Source: Octopus bimaculoides
Lineage: Eukaryota
Reading direction: 5' to 3'
DNA length: 64,000 bases
NCBI RefSeq assembly: GCF_001194135.2
Contig: NC_068984.1
Coordinates: 137,700,165 to 137,764,164, forward strand
The stretch's first letter is position 1. Each line of letters begins with the position of its first letter. A program made the translations under genes and the position numbers. Under the pieces are notes generated by a model. That model was not told the origin of the DNA. It saw only the letters and a program-made list of their open reading frames with translations, and did not search any database. Below, one piece after another: positions 22,709-33,723 of the stretch.

Positions 22709-23186
22709 GTTCAGTAGTTTTATTTTTATAACGTGCTTTCACTTCACTACCGAGCGCAGCTCTGTGCGCCTTGGGTATGTGCTGTGGTTTGCTGTGGTGA
22801 TTTTATGTTTACTGTATTGAAAGTGTTTTGCGTAGAATGTGTGCAGTACCCAGTAGTGCAATTTTCTGTATGTTACATATATTTGTAAGTCCTGGTATTT
22901 TTGTTATGTATTTGTCTGAGTATTTTTTTATTATACCTAAGGCACCTACTATGATAGGAATTGTTTCTGTTTTTAGACTCCACATTCGAGTTATCTCTAT
23001 TTCCAGGTCTTTGTATTTTGAAAGTTTTTCCATTTCTTTTCGAGAAACGTTGTCATCTGCTGGTATTGATACATCAATTAGAAAGCATTTTTTTCCTTCA
23101 TGATCTTTGACAACTATATCTGGTCTATTTGCCTTAATTTCTCTATCTGTGTGTATTGGCATATCCCAGAGTATGGGATATGCCAA
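22709..23186 (-). mobile_element. R4/Dong-type 3' fragment with open REL endonuclease frame
   Basis: ORF 22809-23294: ILWDMPIHTDREIKANRPDIVVKD..CFLIDVSIP..KLSKYKDL..IPIIVGALG..LLGTAHILRKTL; the poly-Ile part is the flanking ATT array. Confidence 0.9.
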
Positions 23187-23263
<77 letters not shown>

Positions 23264-24255
23264 CCCTGATGCAGTACCAGGTAATGGCTCTCATGGCTTT
23301 TGATCTTCACAGATTGGAAGTGTTATCATGTACATTGTTTTAGGCAAACGGTGTAAAACATCAAACCCATTTCGTAGACCCCCCCATCCTATGAAATAAT
23401 ACATGCTTTCTTATTCTCTCATCAGTAATATATACCAAGCAATATATACCAAGTATATTACCATCAGTAATATATACCAAGTAATATATACAACTTTGAA
23501 GTGACTGGCAGGTTTCACTTCCTTATAAAAAATCAGTAGAAATTCTTAGCTAATGAGAGAAGGGTTTTGTTCTGCCAGGTTGGGACGAAAATGGTTGATA
23601 AGCGAAGTAATGTTGTGTAATAAACAGTCTTTCAGATCAGTTCAAATATGTGTGGGATATTTTTGACTACGAGTAGTTAATAAAAAAAGTAGCGATAGTG
23701 TACAGTAAGATCAATGATAGTAGAGTCTGGCAATCAGGAAGTAGGTAGGATAGGAGGTAAGGGTCCAAAGGATGAAGAAGTTGAGTCAGACAATATAACT
23801 GGGGTGGTCACGTGAACGTATATTATTTATGGTTTAAAATGGTGCAAAAAAGAAAAATCAACAAAAGACAGAGACGGATGAGGGAACGACAGAGAAGGTG
23901 TATTAGTTTCACGCTCAAGAAAAATAGAAAAGTCTTTTACGCTTCAAGCATAGGCTCTTCTACAAAAGACACGTGTAACATGTTTAACTGTTACTCCAGA
24001 TACGTTTTCTACTGTCTCCGTCTTTTCCTTCTCTCCATCTGGTTTCTCTCCTCATTCCTTTTTGTACATGAGCGTAGGCTCGAAATATCAAAAAACTCTT
24101 CCATTCTCCGTGACCGCCAAACTAGATTAAAAGTAGTTAAATACAGTTACAGAAAAAATAATTTAGAACCTAGAGCGTAAAACTGGTAGACGATCGGTCA
24201 CAGGGTGACACAGTTAGATATAGTTCTCTTTTTTGGTCTCAAATTTATGCTTATA

Positions 24256-24455
24256 GGCGCAGGAGTGGCTGTGTGGTAAGTAGCTTGCTTACCAACCACA
24301 CGGTTCTGGGTTCAGTCTCACTGCGTGGCACCTTGGACATGTGTCTTCTACTATAGTCTCGGGCCGACCAAAGCCTTGTGAGTGGATTTGGCAGACGGAA
24401 ACTGAACGAAGCCCGTCCTATATATATATATATATATATATAAGTACATATACAT

Positions 24456-24527
<72 letters not shown>

Positions 24528-24720
24528 GCATTTGTGTGTCTGTGTTTGTGCTTGACAACCGATGCTGGTATGTTTACGTCCCCGTAACTTAGCGGTTCGG
24601 CAAAACAGGCCGATAGAATAAGTACTAGGCTCACAAAGAATAAGTCCCGGGGTTGATTAGCTCGACTAAAGGCGGTGCTCCAGCATGGACGCAGTCAAAA
24701 TGACTGAAACAAATGAAAGA
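24256..24720 (+). mobile_element. SINE family B, full length
   Basis: GGCGCAGGAGTGGCTGTGTGGTAAG head to GACTGAAAC tail; internal TA/CA repeat. Confidence 0.9.
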
Positions 24721-24990
24721 ATTATAGTTCTGATCCCATATCTTCTATCTTTTGCTTTTTATCTTTTACTTGTTTCAGTAACCAGACACCGGCCATGCTG
24801 GGGCACCGCCCTGAAGAATTTTATTCAAACAAATCGGTTTCAATACTTATTTTATTTTTTAAGCCTGGTTTCTGTTAGTCGCTTTAATTCTGTTCTATTA
24901 GTCTCTTTTACCGAACCTCTGTTACGTGGATGTAAATACACCAATACCGGTTGCCAAGGGGTTGGGTTACAAACACAGATGCAAAGACGT

Positions 24991-25035
<45 letters not shown>

Positions 25036-25134
25036 AACATGCAACTAGGCAATGAACTTTGACTTGGATTCTTAAGTGTGTGTCACAAAATCCCAATACA
25101 TAATGTTCGGTAACGCAACAGCATAAATATTCTT

Positions 25135-25797
25135 CTCTACTCTAGACACAAGGCCCGAAATTTTTGGGGAGGTGGGGCCAGTCGATTAGATCGACCCCAT
25201 TACGCAACTGGTACTTAAGTTATCGACCCCGAAAGGATGAAAGGCAAAGTAAACCTCGGCGGAAGTTGAACTCGGAACGTAAAGACAGACGAAATACCGC
25301 TATAAGCTTTTCACCCGGCGTGCTAACATTTCTGCAAGCTCGCCGCCTTGCAACAGCATAAATATTCTTCTCTACTCTAGGCACAAGGCCCAAAATTTTG
25401 GGGCAGGGGGCCAGTCGATTAGCTCGACCCCATTACGCAATCGATACTTAATTTATCGACCCCGAAAAGATGAAAGGCAAAGTCAACCTCTGCGGAATTT
25501 GAACGCAGAACGTAGTGACAGACGAAATATCGTTAAGCATTTCGCCCGTCGTGCTGACGTTTCTTATTTCTTTATTACCCACAAGGGGCTAAACATAGAG
25601 GGGACAAACAAGGACAGACAAAGAGATTAAGCCGATTACATCAACACCATTACGCAACTGATACTTAATTTATCGACCTCGAAAGGATGAAAGGCAAAGT
25701 CGACCTCTGCGGAATTTGAACGCAGAACGTAATGACAGACGAAATATCGCTCAGCATTTCGCCCGTCGTGCTGACGTTTCTGTCAGCTCACCGCCAT
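25135..25797 (-). mobile_element. Three tandem SINE family A copies
   Basis: Three cores; flank GCAACAGC(ATAAATATT) recurs at about 25115, 25349 and 25799. Confidence 0.85.
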
Positions 25798-26218
25798 GCA
25801 ACAGCTTAAATATTGATAAAAAGATGAAATGATAGTGTGCAGTTTCTTGTATAATGTACCAGTATAACTAATGCAATTGTTGGAAGAAATTTTGCTATCT
25901 CTAATAAAATTATATGTATGAATAAATTTACAAGTTTCTCGCCATGTACAAATGAACTGTTCTTATTTTGATAAAAAATTCACTTTACTTATAAGGCTTA
26001 TATCACGTATTGCTTCTCTTGAATTCTTATATATATTATTTATTGCGCTTAGTTTATTGTAATTAAATTTGCTTCATCGCTCGATAAAACACGCATATAA
26101 CACACATTTACGAACATATTCTCTTTCTCCTGTTTCTCTATTTTAGTCACATACATTCTCGTTAATACGCTCTTATAGAAATATAGTTACGCAAACGTAT
26201 AAACATACGTGCATAAAT

Positions 26219-26251
<33 letters not shown>

Positions 26252-26594
26252 CATATATACACACACACACACACACGCCCGCGAGCACACACACATAATT
26301 TACACGCAAATGCATCGCTGTGAAATAAACCAACTCTTCGATCCTTTTATATCTGTTTGGGACATATTTGACCTGTAAAAGGGTCATTTTCACATCGGTT
26401 TACCATAAAGGATAATTCTTGCATTAGGCAAAAGGTGTGAAACACCAACTAATATATGCATTTCGAGCTTTTTATGTTCTGTTTCGTCTTAGATACCAGA
26501 AAGCAACTGCGAGATTATTGGAATCTTTTGCTTGCTCCTAAGGAATCAATAGAAATTATTAAATAAAATCAATAAAAAGAGTACAGTTAATTTG

Positions 26595-26860
26595 TGGCGA
26601 GTGGAAAATCCAACGTTTCGGACAAAGTCCTTCTTCAGGGAAAAGAAGACAGGAAAAGAATTTATGAGGGACGGCACACTTTTACATCCTCTAAATTAAA
26701 AAAAAAAAAAGGAATCTGCCTGTAACTGATAAAAAATGCAGGAGTGTGGGAGCTTCATACATGAACAGGAAGTTGTACGGGAGAAAAACAGTGTAAGAGA
26801 AGAATAAAATGAGGAGGAGAAGCTGAAGAACTCGAGTGTGAGATGAAGGAAAGAGATGAA

Positions 26861-26909
<49 letters not shown>

Positions 26910-27060
26910 TGAAGGATAAAATGGATAAGAAAGAGTTTAATGAACTAAGTGGAAGTGTGGGTGTCGAAGGATAAATTTGCGTTTAAATTTGTTGCTCAGG
27001 GGGTGCCAAATTCGAAAGTGAAACGTTGTTCCCTCCATTTGCTTGAGAAGGTAAATCCAT
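26595..27060 (-). mobile_element. Penelope-like element 3' remnant (GIY-YIG C-terminus, pLTR with hammerhead), interrupted by (GA)n
   Basis: WREQRFTFEFGTP*ATNLNANLSF resembles the EQ.LIF.LGTL.P.GLN end of PLE GIY-YIG domains; downstream CTGAAGA..GAAACGTT. Confidence 0.65.
26609..26640 (-). ncRNA. Minimal type I hammerhead ribozyme (PLE-type)
   Basis: Minus strand CC-CTGAAGA-A-GGAC-TTT-GTCC-GAAA-CGTT-GG: intact core, 4-bp stem II, palindromic AACGTT stem III, GUU triplet, short stem I. Confidence 0.7.
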
Positions 27061-27564
27061 GGTGTGGCCACTAAGAGCGGGTCGCTATTATTTTAGATTG
27101 GCAAATGGTACATTTGCTAATGTACGAGAAGCATTGTCAAGCTTGAATTAATTAATCAGAAGCGCACAAACTAGTTGTGAATGAAACAAAAAAAAAAGTT
27201 TTATACAATCTTATTTAAGACGTTTGTGTGCACTCGGATATGGAAAGGCAATGTGCTGCACATATTGTCCTGAGAGCAGACATTCTCTTAAGAGCCGCCA
27301 GCTCTTAGTGGCCATGAACAGCGGCTAGGCATTTGTAGCTGATGATGCGTAACAATGTAGGAACGCATGCGTGCTACGGTTTGGTGGCATCATACATGGC
27401 CTTTTGGTATATTCAAATCCATAATGTCTCTGTGCAGTGTATTGTTTTTCCACCCCCGAGTGTACGAACATGTTAAATATGATTGCACGTAACTATATTT
27501 CATTCAACACTGATTAAGCGCACCTCTAGTTAATGTGTGTATATATATCACTGTATCAATCAAA

Positions 27565-27985
27565 CCGGGCGAAATGCTTAGCGGTATTTCGTCTGCCATT
27601 ACGTTCTGAGTTCAAATTCCGCCGAAGTCGACTTCGCCTTTCATCCTTTCGTGGTCGATAAATTAAGTACCAGTGAAACACTGGGGTCGATGTAATTGAC
27701 TTAATCCCTTCGTCTGTCTTTGTTTGTCCCCTTTATGTTTAGCCCCTTGTGGGCAATAATGAAATAAGAAACGTTAGCACGCTGGGCGAAATGCTTAATG
27801 GTATTTCGTCTGCCGTTACGTTCTGAGTTCAAATTCCGCCGAGGTCGATTTTGCCTTTCATCCTTTCGGGGTCGATAAATCAAGTACTAGTTACGCACTG
27901 AGGTCGATGTAATCGACTTAATCCCTTTGTCTGTCCTTGTTTGTCCTCTCTATGTTTAGCTCTCTGTGAGCAATAAAGAAACGAA
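27565..27985 (+). mobile_element. Two tandem SINE family A copies (long-tail subtype)
   Basis: Two cores, each followed by TGTCTGTC(C/T)TTGTTTGTCC..TATGTTTAGC..GCAATAA. Confidence 0.9.
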
Positions 27986-28128
27986 TATAGCAACCGTAAT
28001 GTTAATGATTTTCATACAAGGCTCGATGTATGTCGATGCGGTGTATAACCATTTCGACGAATTCACTACTTCAATGGTTCCTAAGAAAGGTAGAAAGCAA
28101 CGGATGTCGTAAGAGAGAGGGAGATAGC

Positions 28129-28196
<68 letters not shown>

Positions 28197-29169
28197 AGTT
28201 GACTATCTCACCATCCTCCATCACTTGACTGGTATGCATTGTATCAATCTCTAAGTGGTGAGGTGGGAGAATCGTTAACGTCTTAGGCCAAACTGTTTAA
28301 AGACGTCTATTCTGGCTCTTTACGTTTCGAGATCAAATACCGCTGAGATCAACTTTACTGTTTTTTTTATTTTCATTCGGGGGGCGATAATATAAAGCAG
28401 TCGTGTACAGGGGTCGATGTAATCCACTAATTCGTTCCCTGTAAAATTGCTGGTCTTGTTCCAAAATTTGAAACCATTGTATCTACATCAGAAGAATGCT
28501 AGATAAAATCGATCTTCCAGAGATAGAGAAAGAAAGAGGTAGACGGACAGAGAAAAAGAGAAGAGAGAGAGAAGAACGTTAGATAAAATCAATTTTGACG
28601 GGACTCGATTTCAGATCATGAAGGGATGTAAATAAATACAACAAGGTATTTAAATTAGTTACCTACTATCGTAGTGTATAAAATGTAAAATAATTTTTAA
28701 CATTGGTACAATGAAATACACTATGTTCGTCGCACTACTGCGTATACTAATCGTAAATTCGGCGATAAGCTGGCAGAACCACTCGGGTGTCGGATAAAAA
28801 TAATGTTGTGCGGTATTTGTTCCGGCCCTCTTCACACTGATTTCAAATTCCACTGACGTCAAATTTACCTTCCACCCCTTTGGGGAGTCAATGAATAAAG
28901 CACCATACTAAAAATGTGCCATTTTTTATTCTTCTCTCTCCCTTCTCTTTTTGTTCTGCCTGTCTGTCTGTCTCTTTCTTCCTCTCAGTTGTGGTTAGAC
29001 CTAGATGGGAGAAGGGTTTCACCAGCGTTAAATGTCCAGGGTGAGATGCATGTCACGTCGGCGTCTCTACAACTCAAAACCTGGGACTCCCAGACAAGAA
29101 TTCGCAATCGTAAATATTAAGAAAAGGAATGAAATAAGGAATATGGAAAGCCATACCTGAAATAAGACA

Positions 29170-29508
29170 CGACATTGAACTAATATACATGCGTGGCTTT
29201 GTAGTAAGAAGTTTACTTCCCAATCTCATGGTATCAGGTTCAATCCCACTGCATGGCACTGTGGGCAAGTGTCTTCTACTGTAGCTAAGAGCCGATCAAA
29301 GACTTTTGAGTGGATTTGGTCGACAGAAACTGAAAGAAGCCTGCCATATATATATGTATGTGTGTGTGTATGTGTGCGACTTTATGCCTGTGTTTATGTC
29401 CCCTAGCGTTTGAAAACAAGTGTTGGTTTGTTTATGTACCCATAAGGTAGCGGTTCGCCAAAAGAGAACCGATAGAACAAGTAAAAAGTTTTAAAGAAAT
29501 AAGTACTA
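29170..29508 (+). mobile_element. SINE family B, diverged, runs into gap
   Basis: GGTTCAATCCCACTGCATGGCACTGTGGGCAAGTGTCTTCTAC..GCGGTTCGCCAAAAGAGAACCGATAG. Confidence 0.7.
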
Positions 29509-30350
29509 NNNNNNNNNNNNNNNNNNNNNNNNNNNNNNNNNNNNNNNNNNNNNNNNNNNNNNNNNNNNNNNNNNNNNNNNNNNNNNNNNNNNNNNNNNNN
29601 NNNNNNNNNNNNNNNNNNNNNNNNNNNNNNNNNNNNNNNNNNNNNNNNNNNNNNNNNNNNNNNNNNNNNNNNNNNNNNNNNNNNNNNNNNNNNNNNNNNN
29701 NNNNNNNNNNNNNNNNNNNNNNNNNNNNNNNNNNNNNNNNNNNNNNNNNNNNNNNNNNNNNNNNNNNNNNNNNNNNNNNNNNNNNNNNNNNNNNNNNNNN
29801 NNNNNNNNNNNNNNNNNNNNNNNNNNNNNNNNNNNNNNNNNNNNNNNNNNNNNNNNNNNNNNNNNNNNNNNNNNNNNNNNNNNNNNNNNNNNNNNNNNNN
29901 NNNNNNNNNNNNNNNNNNNNNNNNNNNNNNNNNNNNNNNNNNNNNNNNNNNNNNNNNNNNNNNNNNNNNNNNNNNNNNNNNNNNNNNNNNNNNNNNNNNN
30001 NNNNNNNNNNNNNNNNNNNNNNNNNNNNNNNNNNNNNNNNNNNNNNNNNNNNNNNNNNNNNNNNNNNNNNNNNNNNNNNNNNNNNNNNNNNNNNNNNNNN
30101 NNNNNNNNNNNNNNNNNNNNNNNNNNNNNNNNNNNNNNNNNNNNNNNNNNNNNNNNNNNNNNNNNNNNNNNNNNNNNNNNNNNNNNNNNNNNNNNNNNNN
30201 NNNNNNNNNNNNNNNNNNNNNNNNNNNNNNNNNNNNNNNNNNNNNNNNNNNNNNNNNNNNNNNNNNNNNNNNNNNNNNNNNNNNNNNNNNNNNNNNNNNN
30301 NNNNNNNNNNNNNNNNNNNNNNNNNNNNNNNNNNNNNNNNNNNNNNNNNN
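29509..30350. other. Assembly gap (largest); others at about 9372-9516, 14530-14540, 34131-34255, 35808-36164, 39683-39790, 52744-53473 and 63514-63523
   Basis: Runs of N, mostly abutting microsatellites or SINEs. Confidence 0.95.
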
Positions 30351-30902
30351 TATATATATACATATATATATATGTACATATATATATATGTATATATACA
30401 TACATACACATGTATATACACATGCATGTAAAAGTATAATATATATATATATATGCATATATATTTATGCGTGTGTGCATATACGTGCGTGTATGCGTGG
30501 CTGTATTTAAATATATACGTATATGTATTTAGACAAATTATACATGCATATATGCGCACATTACGTACCTATAATTACACTCGAATTTACAAGTGTATGC
30601 TTAAATGCATGTACATATATGCATATTTTACTCGTGTGTGTGTATGTAAGTACGTGTACCTGCGTGTGTATTTGTATGTGTGCGTGTGTTGGGGATGTAT
30701 TTTATAAGTAGGAATGTTAGAGATATTGCAGTCAATCTGAATATTCTATCCGAAATCGTGGGTCATATTTACAAACTCCATTGTCTGAACTTATTTGCAT
30801 GGATACATGTTATATTTTATGATCGCCAATTTAAATTTACTTCTTACTAAATCTCACCATTTTCCCACAGTTTCTTCATTAAGCTCTTTGGCTTTTATTT
30901 TC

Positions 30903-31529
30903 TTATTTCCGGCCGATGTCCAAAAGTTTTTCCCTGATTTTATTTTTCTCCATTCGTTTTCGTGACTCTTCCAGAATTCTTGCGATTGCCGTGAGTGGTG
31001 CGTTGATCGAGTAACCTTGACGCCTGTTCATCATATGTCTATCGTTATTAGTGATCCAGCACCTACACACTGGGTCAAAAAAGGGTTCATTTTCAAAGTC
31101 GTCTTTTGTGATGCTGTAAAGATCTTTGTTCGTGGATGTGTCTTGTCTTTTCTGCAAAGCTGGATACAATGTTAACAACTTCAATTTCTTCTCGCCATCA
31201 GTCTTCGTAGCAATATTACCATTGTCATTATTATAGTAATATTCGTCGTTGTTCTTACCCAAGTCCTCTTCGACGTCATTGCTGTTTATATCATTTTGAA
31301 TTTTATATAGAAGTTGTTTAGTTTTAGAACCTTCGCCAGTAACACCCCCACTGTCATCAAAGTCACTGCGAAATGTGCCGTCGTCGTAGGCAGATAATTT
31401 TTTATCTCCAGTTTCGTAATCATTGGAAAGGAATACTGAGTTTAAAGTGTCAGGCCGATTTCTGCATAGAACCATATTTGGAATCATTAGAGAAAGTAGT
31501 ACTGACATTATAAGTATTGATTTCAACAT
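30903..31529 (-). CDS. ELH: Egg-laying hormone (ELH)-like / DH44-CRF family neuropeptide precursor, 208 aa, single coding exon
   Basis: GCCACC-ATG at 31529; signal peptide MLKSILIMSVLLSLMIPNMVLC; KK, KK, KR and RR sites; terminal RR-QGYSINAPLTAIARILEESRKRMEKNKIREKLLDI-G-RK*. The SIN..L.AI..L..E and R.KLL-amide pattern matches Aplysia ELH (ISINQDLKAITDMLL..LRQRLLEK-amide). The listed 242-aa ORF start lies in the intron. Confidence 0.9.
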   Translation of the reverse strand: MLKSILIMSVLLSLMIPNMVLCRNRPDTLNSVFLSNDYETGDKKLSAYDDGTFRSDFDDSGGVTGEGSKTKQLLYKIQNDINSNDVEEDLGKNNDEYYYNNDNGNIATKTDGEKKLKLLTLYPALQKRQDTSTNKDLYSITKDDFENEPFFDPVCRCWITNNDRHMMNRRQGYSINAPLTAIARILEESRKRMEKNKIREKLLDIGRK

Positions 31530-31590
31530 GGTGGCACGAAAATTATTCAAAAAATTGGTCAATCTCTGTAAATAGAAAAAAAAAGAACGA
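31527..31590 (-). promoter_or_regulatory. Splice acceptor and perfect Kozak of the ELH coding exon
   Basis: Minus strand TCGTTCTTTTTTTTCTATTTACAG| exon begins at 31565; 36 nt later GCCACCATG. Confidence 0.75.
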
Positions 31591-31697
31591 AAATATAGAC
31601 ACAAAAGATATATGTAAATATATAAAAACAAAAGGATAAAGAGAGCAAAGGTAAGGTTGAAGAATTATTAATTTAAAGGCACTAGGAAGAAATAATT

Positions 31698-31730
<33 letters not shown>

Positions 31731-31754
31731 GCAACAACAACAACAACAATAGTA

Positions 31755-31970
31755 ATGGTTTCAAATTTTTCCACAAGAGCAGTGATTTGGGGGAAGGGGA
31801 TGAGTCGATTACATCGACCCCAGTGTTCAACTGGTACTTATTTCATCGATTCCGAAAGGATGAAAGGCAAAGTCAATCTCGGCGGAATTTGAACTCAGAA
31901 CGTAGCGACCGGCGGAAATATTGCTAAGCATCTCATCCAGCACGCTAACGATTCTACCAGCTCATCGCCT
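31755..31970 (-). mobile_element. SINE family A with trinucleotide tail
   Basis: Full head and core; tail runs into the CAA/TAA array at 31698-31752. Confidence 0.85.
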
Positions 31971-31987
31971 TAATAATAATAATAATG

Positions 31988-32069
<82 letters not shown>

Positions 32070-32240
32070 CTTCAAATTTTGGCACAAGGCTAGCAATTCT
32101 GAGGAAAGTGCTATGTCGATTACATTTACCCTAGTACGTAACTGGTACTTATTTTATCGACCTCGGAAGGGATGAAAAGCAAAGTCGACTCTGGCAGAAT
32201 TTGAACTCCGAATATTGAGACGGAGGAAATGCCGATATGT
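32070..32240 (-). mobile_element. SINE family A, diverged
   Basis: CTTCAAATTTTGGCACAAGGC..GGATGAAAAGCAAAGTCGAC; tail is (AAT)n(GAT)n at 31971-32069. Confidence 0.75.
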
Positions 32241-32935
32241 ATTTTGTGCAAGAGTCCTCTCTCTTTTCCTTTCGTTCTCATTTTCACTCACGGCATTTCT
32301 CTCTGGAAATAAACGGCTGTTTTTGGATCTAGAGAGGTTTTTCAAAGTACACACACACACACATACAAACATGCGGACACACACAAATGTGTGTGCGTGT
32401 GTGCGTGTGTGCGTGTGTGCATTTTTTTCGGCGTTTCTAAACATCCAATTTCAACCAAGTTGTTTTTTTTTTTCCTTCATCTACAATTTTATGTTTAACT
32501 ATTATTATAATAACAATTAAAATACCACACATAATATTTTCAAACACAACATGAGTTTAGGAAATTGGAAACGAGAAAAATCGAGAGTGTAATTGTTTCG
32601 TAACAAGTTGAAGACTTACTATTTGAGAACAGCAAATAACACTGAACTGGAATCAACGTCCGAGTTAAGCAAACGCCATTTTCCCAGTAGCGTTGTTAGT
32701 ATTTCCGTGATGGAAAGTAATTTGAAACAGTGAACAAACAGCAAAAGAAACCGAACCCAGCATTAATATTTAGGATAAATAGAAGCCATTGTTATATTTG
32801 TATTTGTTCGTTTAGTCATTGATGAAAGTGCAAAAAGAAAATGGAAACACAAAGCCTACTGAATCTAGTAAGGAGTGGGTAATACGATTCACTTTAGACA
32901 AGTGCTTGCTGTCCATGTCTTTTGCTCTTCTCGAA

Positions 32936-32964
32936 TGTTAAAAGCACTGCTTGCTATATATATA
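32936..32964 (-). promoter_or_regulatory. Candidate proximal TATA/Inr for the ELH gene
   Basis: TATATATATAG about 28 nt upstream of ACATTC; ATA|GTAAGT donor at 32619. Confidence 0.3.
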
Positions 32965-33094
32965 CGTTTTTCAAGAAGGTCGTAAAGAAATACTATGTGT
33001 ACGGCATTTGTCGATGGTACGTTGGATTACACAAAAGAACTATTGTCACAACGAAACAGCAGGGGAGCCTCTAGGCAGCCGCTCACCCGACTAG

Positions 33095-33568
33095 AAAGAG
33101 CGGCAACAGTCATTTGTAAATCACAACACAATCATTCGTAAATCAGAACTTTTTTGATTTAAATAAAGAGCGGTAACAATCATTCGTAAATCACAATGCA
33201 ATCATTCGTAAATCACAACTTTTCTTATTTAAATAAAGAACGGCAACAATCATTCGTAAGTCACAACACAATCTTTCGTAAATCACAACTTTTCTGATTT
33301 AAATAAAGAGCGTCAACAATCATTCGTAAATCACAACGCAATTATTCGTAAATCACAACTTTTCTGATTTAAATAAAGAGCAGCAAAAATCATTCGTAAA
33401 TCACAACACAATTATTCGTAAATCACAACCTCTTTGATTTAAATAAAGAGCGTCAACAATCATTCGTAAATCACAACGCAATTATTCGTAAATCACAACT
33501 TTTCTGATTTAAATAAAGAGTAGCAAAAATCATTCGTAAATCACAACTTTTCTGATTTGAATAAAGAA
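33095..33568 (+). repeat. 70-bp minisatellite, 6 units plus one 49-bp unit
   Basis: AAAGAG recurs every 70 bp (33095-33100 to 33515-33520); each unit holds two 21-bp subrepeats CAATCATTCGTAAATCACAAC. Confidence 0.95.
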
Positions 33569-33689
33569 TACATTAGGTGATATAAATTAAAAAACAAAAC
33601 AAAAAACATTGGGATAGACACTGCCTTTTTCTCAATCTAAATTGACTTGGAGTTAAACAACAATAACAACAACAACAACAACAACAACA

Positions 33690-33723
<34 letters not shown>

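Noticed and set aside
29403-30559. ORFs of 324-375 aa (also 52683-53613 and other X-rich ORFs)
   Set aside because: They stay open only because N-gaps contain no stop codons.
31530-31631. N-terminal 34 aa of the listed 242-aa ORF
   Set aside because: They run through a polypyrimidine tract and acceptor; the ATG at 31529 has the Kozak and begins the signal peptide.
33095-33568. CRISPR-like array
   Set aside because: No unique spacers; whole units repeat, and the context is eukaryotic.
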